A stretch of 64,000 bases of DNA. Source: Coriobacteriia bacterium. GTDB taxonomy: Bacteria; Actinomycetota; Coriobacteriia; Anaerosomatales; Kmv31. The position numbers and the translations under genes were made by a program. The number at the start of each line of letters is the position of its first letter. The stretch's first letter is position 1. The notes under the pieces were generated by a model. It was not told where the DNA came from and made no database searches. It saw nothing but the letters and a program-made list of their open reading frames with translations. This document shows, one piece after another, positions 57,157 through 64,000 of this stretch. The stretch covers positions 58 to 64,057 of the forward strand of contig JACUUM010000004.1 in NCBI GenBank assembly GCA_014859305.1, read 5' to 3'.

Positions 57157-57911
57157 GCCGCGAGGGGAGCGGGGAGAACCGCGTGGAGCGATCCGAGACG
57201 CTCGTCAGGCTGCAGGAGGCGGACCTCGTCGAGGTCCGGACCCGCAAGCGCCTGGACGAGCTGCCCGAGAAGCGCGCCATACTCGATGCGCGCAAGAAGC
57301 GCCGCGAGGTCGAGCAGCTCCGCGGGCGAGCCGAGGAGTTCCTCGGCGGGCTGCGCAGCGAGCTCTCCCGCTTGGAGGATGAAGCCTCAGGGGTCGAGGC
57401 CAAGATCGGCTCCGAGCAGGCCAGGGTGATGTCGGGTGAGGTCGTCAATCCCAAAGAGGTGCAGAACATCACGCGCGAGATGGACGCGCTGAAGCGGCGC
57501 AAGGACAAGCTGGAGATCGAGGAGCTCCGGGTGATGGAGAAGGTCGAGAAGGCCGAGGGGCAGCTGGCGCGCATCGACGGCGCGCTGACGGCGCTGGACG
57601 CGCGCGAGGGCGAGCTCACGCAGGCCTTCACCTCCAAGGGGGGCGAGTTGCAGAACGACATCGACCGCGCGCACCGGGAGCGCGAGGCGCTCGCGGCGGC
57701 GCTCGACCCGGAGACGCTCGACGCCTACGAGGAGGCGCGCGCCTCCAAGGGCGGGATAGGAGTGGGCGTGCTCGAGGGCGACACCTGCAGCGCGTGCCGC
57801 GTCCAGCTGCCCGCGGAGAAGCTCCACTCCCTGCGTTCGGGCGAGGACGTCGCTCGCTGCCCCAACTGCCGCCGCCTGCTCGTCGTGCGGCGCGGGGGGA
57901 GCTCCGCGTGA
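57153..57911 (+). CDS. zinc-ribbon/coiled-coil protein (DUF164 / COG1579 family)
   Basis: GTGA overlap. A long coiled coil is followed by CSACRVQLP...CPNCRRLL. It is the conserved partner of Nif3 genes. Confidence 0.78.
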   Translation: MSREGSGENRVERSETLVRLQEADLVEVRTRKRLDELPEKRAILDARKKRREVEQLRGRAEEFLGGLRSELSRLEDEASGVEAKIGSEQARVMSGEVVNPKEVQNITREMDALKRRKDKLEIEELRVMEKVEKAEGQLARIDGALTALDAREGELTQAFTSKGGELQNDIDRAHREREALAAALDPETLDAYEEARASKGGIGVGVLEGDTCSACRVQLPAEKLHSLRSGEDVARCPNCRRLLVVRRGGSSA

Positions 57912-58714
57912 GCCGTCACACGCTGTTCACGGACGGGGCGGCCAGGGGCAACCCCGGACCGGCGGCCTCCGCGTACCTGCTGCGGGACCCGGAAGGAAGC
58001 ATCGTCGCCTCCGCGGGGAGGTTCCTCGGCGTATCCACGAACAACGCCGCGGAGTACCAGGCCCTCATCGACGGCCTCGAGGCCGCGCTCGCCCGCGGGG
58101 TTCGCGCCTTGGACGTCCGCTCCGACAGCGAGCTGATGGTCCGGCAGCTGTCCGGCGAGTACCGCGTGAGGAACGAAGGGTTGCGCCCGCTGTACGAACG
58201 GGCGACCGAGCTGCTCGCCGCGATCGAGGAAACGAGCGTCGTCCACGTCCGGCGTGAGGACAACGCCGAGGCGGACGCGCTCGCCAACCGCGCCATCGGC
58301 GCCCGGGCCGAAGCCGCGGACATGAGACGGGAGCCGCCGGGCGGGTCGTGGGACCTGACGGTGCGCGGCCACTTCGACGCGGCGCACGCTCTCAGGGGCT
58401 ACGAAGGGGAGTGCCGCGAGCTCCACGGCCACACGTGGGACGTGGAGGCGACGGTGCGTGGCGAGGCGCTCGACGACATCGGGATCGTGTACGACTTCAA
58501 GACGCTCAAGGACGACCTCGCGGCGGTGCTGGATCCCTTCGACCACGCGTACCTCAACGACGTGCCGCCCTTCGACGGCCTCAACGCCACGGCCGAGAAC
58601 CTCGCGCGCGTGATCTTCGAGGCGCTGCAGGCACGCGTGGCTCCCACCGTGACGGTGACCGAGGTCGCCGTGTGGGAGTCGCCGGTGGCTCGCATCGCGT
58701 ACCGGAAGGCGTAG
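57908..58714 (+). CDS. fusion protein: RNase HI (N-terminal) plus 6-carboxytetrahydropterin synthase QueD / PTPS-family domain (C-terminal)
   Basis: GTGA overlap. RNase H part at aa 1-~135: LFTDGAARGNPGPAA, NNAAEYQALI, RSDSELMV, REDNAEADALAN. QueD part at aa ~148-268: HFDAAHAL, ECRELHGHTWDVE (CxxxHGH), YDFKTLK, DHAYLND, VWESP. Confidence 0.85.
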   Translation: MSRHTLFTDGAARGNPGPAASAYLLRDPEGSIVASAGRFLGVSTNNAAEYQALIDGLEAALARGVRALDVRSDSELMVRQLSGEYRVRNEGLRPLYERATELLAAIEETSVVHVRREDNAEADALANRAIGARAEAADMRREPPGGSWDLTVRGHFDAAHALRGYEGECRELHGHTWDVEATVRGEALDDIGIVYDFKTLKDDLAAVLDPFDHAYLNDVPPFDGLNATAENLARVIFEALQARVAPTVTVTEVAVWESPVARIAYRKA

Positions 58715-59124
58715 GGAACCGGATCGCCCGCGGGCGCGGTGACCCGTGGTCAGCGTCCGCGGATGCGGTCCGGAGGTGGGTCCCGAGGAACGAGAGTGTC
58801 CCAAGAAACCTCGCCCGCGGTGTCCTTACTCCCCAGCTTCCCGTTTCACGCCTTTGAGGTACCCTCCGCCCAGGAAGACTCGCGTCTGCCTTTCGGTCGG
58901 GCCCCTCGCCGGCAGCTACTGGTACGCTGGCTTTCGAGACTCGCTCAGTCCGGCTTCTTGGGACGAGCCATACGCTACACCCGGCCCGCACGGGCGGTCA
59001 ATGGCTTTCGTCGAGATTGCGGACACTTCTGACCACCGGTCGTGGATGTATGCCGAACGGGCGCCCGCGGGGGTTGAGCGGACGGAACGCCGTTTCGGTG
59101 CCCGCGGTGCCGGATCGGGAGGTC

Positions 59125-59143
59125 TTAGGTTATACTAATCGTA
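59125..59143 (+). promoter_or_regulatory. DtxR/IdeR-type iron-box-like operator overlapping a TATACT -10 element
   Basis: TTAGGTTATACTAATCGTA matches 14 of 19 positions of the IdeR/DtxR consensus TTAGGTTAGGCTAACCTAA; the left half is perfect. TATACT lies at 59131-59136, about 30 nt upstream of the dtxR-like gene. Confidence 0.55.
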
Positions 59144-59170
59144 CTGCGACGCCTTTCAGAAGGAGTGGCG

Positions 59171-59854
59171 ATGCCATCGGCTACCATGGAGGAATACCTC
59201 GAGCTCGTCTACAAGCTGTCCGAGAAGGGCGACGTCAGGCCGACGCAGATCGCGGAGGCGCTCGGCGTCTCGGGACCGACCGTGACGTCCGCGCTCAAGC
59301 GCCTCGAGATCCGCGGTCTCATCACCCGGCCGGACGGTGCCGTCGTGCTGACGGAGGAGGGCCGCCGGGAGGCGCTGGACATCATCCGGCGACACCGGCT
59401 GTCGGAGCGGTTCCTCGTCGACGTCCTCGGCTTGTCGTGGGAGGAAGTGCACGACGAGGCCTGCCGTCTGGAGCACGCGCTGTCGCCGAAGGTGATGGAG
59501 GCCCTCGAGGCGTTCATGGAGCGCCCGGAGTCCTGTCCGCACGGACACCCGATCCCGACCGCGGCGGGAGAGGTGCGCGAGGTCGAGGGCGTACCGCTGT
59601 GCGAGAGCGGCGGAGGTCAACGCGTGGAGATCGTGCAGGTCTCCGAGGACGATCACGAGTTGCTGCCCTACCTCGCGTCTCTCGGGATGTTCCCGGGTCG
59701 TGAGGTCGAGGTCTGCGAGGTCGCTCCGTTCCGCGGCCCCCTGCTCGTCAACGTCGCGGGGTCGCAGTACGCGCTCGGCCGCGAGGTCGCGGCGAAGATC
59801 CTCGTGCGGCCCGCGGGCAAGGGCCGCCTCGGGATGGGCCGCCGCAAGAGATGA
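59171..59854 (+). CDS. DtxR/MntR-family metal-dependent repressor with C-terminal FeoA/SH3-like domain
   Basis: SD AGAAGGAG upstream. Motifs: MEEYLELVYKL, wHTH IAEALGVSGPTVTSALKRLE, metal site RRHRLSERFL...EACRLEH, FeoA-like tail VEIVQVSEDDHELLPYLASLGMFPGREVEV. A GTG at 59165 is also possible. Confidence 0.85.
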   Translation: MPSATMEEYLELVYKLSEKGDVRPTQIAEALGVSGPTVTSALKRLEIRGLITRPDGAVVLTEEGRREALDIIRRHRLSERFLVDVLGLSWEEVHDEACRLEHALSPKVMEALEAFMERPESCPHGHPIPTAAGEVREVEGVPLCESGGGQRVEIVQVSEDDHELLPYLASLGMFPGREVEVCEVAPFRGPLLVNVAGSQYALGREVAAKILVRPAGKGRLGMGRRKR

Positions 59855-61815
59855 CGCTGACGGTCGCGCTCGCCGGCAACCCGAACGTCGGTAAATCGAC
59901 GCTCTTCAATCAGCTGACCGGGTCGCGGGTGGAGACCGCTCACTACGCGGGCACGACCCTGGAGGTCGCCGTCGCCGAGACGCAGGCGGGTAAGCGCCGG
60001 GTCCGCATCGTCGACCTGCCGGGCGCCTACTCCTTACTGGGCCGAGACGAAGCCGAGGTAGCCGCACGCGAGGCGCTCCTGCAAGCACACCCCGACTCCG
60101 TCGTCGTGGTCGTCGACGCCGGCAACCTCGCCCGAAACCTCGCGCTCGTCCTCGAACTGGGCGACGCCGGCGCGCCGGTCGTCGTGGCGCTCAACCTGAT
60201 CGACGAGGCGGCCCGCTCGGGCACGGCCGTGGACGCCGACGCGCTCGCCTCGGCTCTGGGCGTGCCCGTGGTGCCGACGGTGGCGGTCCAGGGGACGGGC
60301 GTCGCGGAGCTCTTCGACGCAGCGCTCCGGGCCGCCGAGAGCGGATGGTCCGACCCTCTCCCGCGGTACGACGCGAAGGTGGAGACGGCGCTGGCCGAGG
60401 TCGCCTCCTCCGCCGCTCGCATGCCTCAGAGGCCCTGGGGGCTGCCGCCACGCGCGCTGGCGTTGCAGGCGGTGGAAGGCAGGGAGCCGGTCCTGACGGC
60501 GACGGCGGCGCTGCCGGGCGGGCGGGAGACGGTTGCGGCGGCGCTGCTCGTCAGAGGACGGATCGCCCTTGGGGGCCGCGCCGCGATCGCCGCGAAGCTG
60601 GCCCGCGAGCGCCATTCGCGGGCCCGCCGCTTCGCCGAGGGGGCGGTCTCGCACGCGCCGCCCGCACGCCGTCGCACGCTGGCTTCGATCACGACCTCGC
60701 CGCTGACGGGCGTGCCGATTCTGCTGGCCATGCTGGCAGGCGTCTTCGGCATGTTGTTCGTCGTCGGGGGCGCCCTGGCGACGGGGTTCGAGGCGTTCTG
60801 GAGCGCCGCCGCGTCCCCGCCGATCCAAGCGGCCGTCCACGCCACGGCAGGCGAAGGCATCCTGGGGCGCACGCTCCTGTGGGGGCTGGACGCGGGCGTG
60901 GAGGCCTCTCTCTCGATCGGCCTGCCGTACATCCTGACCTTCTACGTGATGCTCGCCCTGCTGGAGGACAGCGGCTACCTGGGGTCCGCGGCGTTCCTCG
61001 CGGACAGGGTGATGCACCGCTTCGGCCTGCACGGACGCGCGGTGATCCCGTTGGTCGCCGCGGCGGGCTGCAACGTGCCGGCCGTCATCGGGACCCGCTC
61101 GCTGGGCGACGGCCGGGAGCGTACGATCGCGGCCACGCTGGCGGTGATGGTTCCGTGCAGCGCGCGTTCCGCCGTGATCCTCGGCGCCGCCGGGCGCTTC
61201 CTCGGCTGGGCGCCGGCGGCCGGCGTCTTCGCCGTCACCGCGGTGCTGACGTTCGGGGTGGGGCTCGCGCTCGACCGCTGGATGCCGGGGCGCGGCGGCG
61301 GGCTCGTGATGGAGGTCTTCCCGTTCCGGCGTCCGGCGTGGAGGCCGGTCCTGCGCAAGGCGTGGGACCGGTTCCGCGAGTTCCTCTTCGTGGCCACGCC
61401 GATCGTGATCGTCGGCAGCCTGGTGCTCGGCGGCCTCTACGAGACGGACCGGTTGTGGGCGCTCACCGGCCCCCTCGAGCCCGTCGTGGAGGGCTGGCTG
61501 GGTCTGCCGGCGGTCGCGGGGCTCACGCTGCTGTTCGGGCTGCTGCGCAAGGAGCTCGCGCTGCAGCTGCTGGCCACGCTCGCCATCGCGCGGTTCGGTG
61601 CCACGGGTCACGACCTGCTCGGGTTCATGTCGCGGAGCGACGTCTTCGTCTACGCGCTCGTGAACACGCTCGCGATCCCGTGCATCTCCACGGTGGCGGT
61701 CCTCGGACGGGAGCTGGGGGTGCGAAAGGCCGCTCTCGTGGTCGCGATGACGATCGCGATCGCCCTGGCCGCCGGCGGCGCTTTCGCGCGGGCGCTGCCG
61801 CTCCTGGGCTGGTAG
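59851..61815 (+). CDS. feoB: ferrous iron transporter FeoB
   Basis: ATGA overlap with the repressor gene. G domain (GNPNVGKSTLFN, DLPGAYSL, NLID) and a polytopic gate domain. Confidence 0.9.
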   Translation: MTLTVALAGNPNVGKSTLFNQLTGSRVETAHYAGTTLEVAVAETQAGKRRVRIVDLPGAYSLLGRDEAEVAAREALLQAHPDSVVVVVDAGNLARNLALVLELGDAGAPVVVALNLIDEAARSGTAVDADALASALGVPVVPTVAVQGTGVAELFDAALRAAESGWSDPLPRYDAKVETALAEVASSAARMPQRPWGLPPRALALQAVEGREPVLTATAALPGGRETVAAALLVRGRIALGGRAAIAAKLARERHSRARRFAEGAVSHAPPARRRTLASITTSPLTGVPILLAMLAGVFGMLFVVGGALATGFEAFWSAAASPPIQAAVHATAGEGILGRTLLWGLDAGVEASLSIGLPYILTFYVMLALLEDSGYLGSAAFLADRVMHRFGLHGRAVIPLVAAAGCNVPAVIGTRSLGDGRERTIAATLAVMVPCSARSAVILGAAGRFLGWAPAAGVFAVTAVLTFGVGLALDRWMPGRGGGLVMEVFPFRRPAWRPVLRKAWDRFREFLFVATPIVIVGSLVLGGLYETDRLWALTGPLEPVVEGWLGLPAVAGLTLLFGLLRKELALQLLATLAIARFGATGHDLLGFMSRSDVFVYALVNTLAIPCISTVAVLGRELGVRKAALVVAMTIAIALAAGGAFARALPLLGW

Positions 61816-61859
61816 GAACGCCGCCGTCGGAGGGGGGTCCGCCGCCCGGGTGCGCGAAG

Positions 61860-61889
61860 TTGTCTATCGAACACGTGTTCGGGTACAAT
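61860..61889 (+). promoter_or_regulatory. SOS promoter: TTGTCT -35, LexA box CGAACACGTGTTCG in the spacer, TACAAT -10
   Basis: TCGAACACGTGTTCGG (61867-61882) matches the actinobacterial / Gram-positive LexA consensus TCGAAC-N4-GTTCGA. TTGTCT lies at 61860-61865 and TACAAT at 61884-61889, with an 18-nt spacer. Confidence 0.8.
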
Positions 61890-61971
61890 CTCGTCCCGGG
61901 CCCGGGGGACGCGCACCAGGACCGCCGGCGCCTCCGGACCCCGCCGCCTCCCCTCGCGTGAAAGACCTCGC

Positions 61972-62388
61972 ATGGGCCGCAACCCCGCCATCAAACGCTA
62001 CCGGACGCACACGCGCGGTCAGTCCGCCGACCTCTTCGGCGACAAGCGCGGGCGCCTGCCGGTCGTCATGGAGCTGCTGCGCAGCCCTTGGGTCGTGCGC
62101 GGCTCCGAGTTGCCCGGCTGCGACGGCGCGGCGCCGGGCAAGCGCGTCGAGCGCGAGGTCGAGGTCGAATGGGACGGCGAGAGGCGGGTGCCGGCCATGT
62201 TCTCCTGGGGAGGACGGCGATACCGCGTCGACGCGCTCGCGCAGGCCTGGGCGGTCGAGCGCGCGTGGTGGGACCCTCGGGAGCGCGTGAGCCGCCGCTG
62301 CTTCCGCGTGCTCGCGCGCGGCGGCGTCTACGACCTCGCCTACGACCGCCTCACGAACCGCTGGCTGCTCGTGGGCATCGTCGACTAG
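61972..62388 (+). CDS. hypothetical 138-aa protein with C-terminal WW-motif domain (ImuB C-terminal-like?), co-transcribed with dnaE2
   Basis: GC3-rich ORF between the LexA-box promoter and the polymerase gene. The C-terminal FSWGGRRYRVDALAQAWAVERAWWDPRERVSRRCFRVLARGGVYDLAYDRLTNRWLLVGIVD looks like a folded domain. The start codon is uncertain. Confidence 0.65.
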   Translation: MGRNPAIKRYRTHTRGQSADLFGDKRGRLPVVMELLRSPWVVRGSELPGCDGAAPGKRVEREVEVEWDGERRVPAMFSWGGRRYRVDALAQAWAVERAWWDPRERVSRRCFRVLARGGVYDLAYDRLTNRWLLVGIVD

Positions 62389-62408
62389 GGCGGGACTCGG
62401 GACCGCCG

Positions 62409-64000
62409 ATGGCCTTCGTCCACCTGCACACGCACTCGCGCTTCTCGTTCGCCGACGGGGCGGCAGACCTCGACGACCTCGTCACGGCCGCCGCCGGACG
62501 CGGCATGCCGGCACTTGCGCTCACGGACCATCAGGGCCTCTACGGCGCGATCCGCTTCTACCGCGCCGCGCTCACCGCCGGGGTGAGGCCGATCGTCGGC
62601 GCGGAGGTGGTGGTGGAGGCCGCCGGCATCCGTGGCCACGAGGGAGACCTCCCTCCCGAGGAGCGTCTGCCGCTCTCCGCCCCCGTGGGCTTCGGGCGCG
62701 CCTCGGGCGCCGGGTTCCACCTCACCCTGCTCGCCGAGGACGTCACGGGCTACCGCAACCTGTGCCGCCTGCTCTCCCGCATGCACCTGCGTCGCGGGCC
62801 GGACAGCTTCGGCGCGCACTCGTCGGTCGTGACGCTGGCGGAGCTCGCGCGCTGTTCGGAGGGCATGATCGCGCTCTCCGGCTGTCAGCGGGGCGAGGCG
62901 GGTGCGGCGGTGCTGGCGCGACGCCCGTGGCGTGCGCGCGCGGCTCTGGAGCGGCTCGCGCGCTGCTTCGCGCCGGGGAGCTTCTACGTCGAGCTCGTGC
63001 ATGCGATGGCGCCGCAGGCGCCGCGCTACGTCGCCGGGCTGGCGGAGCTCGCCGGGGTGCTCGGCCTGCCGGTGGTGGCGACCAACGACGTCCACTACGT
63101 GCGCTCCGAGGAGTTCCGGCTCGCCGACGTGCTCGCAGCCGCCGGCACCGGAGTCCCGCTGCCCGGGCCCTACGACCGGCCCAACGGCGAGCTGTACCTC
63201 AAGAGCGGCAGCGAGATGCGGCGCCTGTTCGCCGGCGTGCCGGGCGCGTGCGACGCGACGCTCGAGATCGCCGCGCGCTGCGAGTTGGACCTGGGCCTGG
63301 GCGGGTTCCACTTCCCGAGCGTGGAGGTCCCGCCCGGCGAGACGGCGTACTCGGCGCTGTCCAAGGCCGCCTGGCGCGGACTGGAGGAGAGGTACCGGCC
63401 GCTCACGCCCGAGGCCGTCGCGCGGCTGCAACGGGAGCTGGGTGCCATCTGCGACCTGGGCTTCGCGGAGTACTTCCTCGTGGTCAAGGACGTGGTCGAC
63501 TTCGCCCGTTCCCGCGGCATCCGATACTCGGGGCGCGGCAGCGCCGGCGACTCGATCGTGAGCTACGTGCTGGGCGTGACGGACGCGGACCCCATCGAGC
63601 ACGACCTGCTGTTCGAGCGTTTCCTCAACCCCGCGCGGCGCCAGATGCCCGACATCGACGTGGACTTCGACGCGGCGCGCCGTGACGAGGTGATCGCCTA
63701 CATCTACCGCCGCTTCGGCTCGGAGCACGTCGCGATGGTCGCCACCGTGAACACGATGACGGCGCGCTCGGCGGTGCGCTGCGCGGCCCGCGCGCTGGGA
63801 CACCCTCCGGCCGAGGTGGACGAGCTCTCGCGGTACCTGCCCTGGGTGTCGGCATCCAAGGTGCGCGAGGTGCTCGCCGCCTACCCCGAGTGCGCGAACC
63901 ACCCGCTGCGCGACGAGCGGCGCCACTCGATGCTGCTGGACATCGCCGAGCGGCTGGACGCCTGCCCGATGCACCTGGGCACGCACCTGGGCGGCTTCCT
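62409..64000 (+). CDS. dnaE2: error-prone DNA polymerase III alpha-type subunit (DnaE2-like), 3' end beyond the window
   Basis: This ORF is not in the track because it runs off the window; I translated it by hand. Motifs: MAFVHLHTHSRFSFADGA (PHP), ALTDHQGLYG, HLTLLAEDVTGYRNLCRL, ATNDVHY, GFAEYFLVVKDVV, GRGSAGDSIVSYVLGVTDADP, LLFERFLNPARRQMPDIDVDF. It lies downstream of the LexA box. Confidence 0.85.
   Translation, partial: MAFVHLHTHSRFSFADGAADLDDLVTAAAGRGMPALALTDHQGLYGAIRFYRAALTAGVRPIVGAEVVVEAAGIRGHEGDLPPEERLPLSAPVGFGRASGAGFHLTLLAEDVTGYRNLCRLLSRMHLRRGPDSFGAHSSVVTLAELARCSEGMIALSGCQRGEAGAAVLARRPWRARAALERLARCFAPGSFYVELVHAMAPQAPRYVAGLAELAGVLGLPVVATNDVHYVRSEEFRLADVLAAAGTGVPLPGPYDRPNGELYLKSGSEMRRLFAGVPGACDATLEIAARCELDLGLGGFHFPSVEVPPGETAYSALSKAAWRGLEERYRPLTPEAVARLQRELGAICDLGFAEYFLVVKDVVDFARSRGIRYSGRGSAGDSIVSYVLGVTDADPIEHDLLFERFLNPARRQMPDIDVDFDAARRDEVIAYIYRRFGSEHVAMVATVNTMTARSAVRCAARALGHPPAEVDELSRYLPWVSASKVREVLAAYPECANHPLRDERRHSMLLDIAERLDACPMHLGTHLGGF

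Noticed and set aside
58715-59124. Possible RNase P RNA, tmRNA, SRP RNA or cobalamin riboswitch in the rnhA/queD-dtxR spacer
   Set aside because: The universal cores are absent on both strands: GGAAAGUCCGG and ACAGAACCCGGCUUA for RNase P, GGAAGCAGC for SRP, the tRNA-like CCA end for tmRNA, and the B12 box. Only short chance-level matches were seen. I kept it as an unexplained region, not as a called RNA.

Overview
The window is about 70% GC, gene-dense and almost entirely on the + strand. It reads as a core chromosomal region of an actinobacterium-like organism. I found no rRNA, CRISPR array, IS element or prophage. Many adjacent genes are joined by 4-nt ATGA/GTGA start-stop overlaps. Gene order: rmlA-C-B-D and galE; tRNA-Val(CAC); a DUF2905 peptide; a disulfide oxidoreductase (- strand) divergent from an ABC-F ATPase; an 11-gene nuo operon (A-B-C-D-H-I-J-K-L-M-N); a FlgM-like protein, a small membrane protein and a PilB/GspE-type ATPase coupled to deoB and a pyrimidine-nucleoside phosphorylase; a DHH-CBS-CCA-adding enzyme; an M50 protease; trpS; scpA-scpB-rluB; cobU-T-S-C; hisC; aroF-tyrA-aroA; cmk-plsC-ispH-DUF512-der-plsY-gpsA-rpe; an FMN riboswitch with ribD-E-BA-H; one hypothetical gene; iscR-nifS-iscU-mnmA-PHP-nif3-DUF164-rnhA/queD; dtxR(FeoA-domain)-feoB; and a LexA-box promoter driving a 138-aa protein and a dnaE2-like polymerase that runs off the window. 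Four things stand out. (1) The nuo operon has no nuoEFG, and its nuoI gene carries an inserted GltD/NfnB-like NAD(P)H flavoprotein module of about 500 aa. This may be a built-in electron-input module for complex I. (2) There is a minimal SOS cassette of LexA box, small WW-motif protein and DnaE2, with no imuA or full-length imuB in the window. (3) RNase HI is fused to QueD/PTPS at the locus where mycobacteria carry an RNase H-phosphatase fusion. (4) The pilus-type ATPase has no pilus genes around it but carries a textbook MshEN c-di-GMP-binding motif. Several candidate operators are also reported. Most long minus-strand ORFs in the track are high-GC antisense artefacts.
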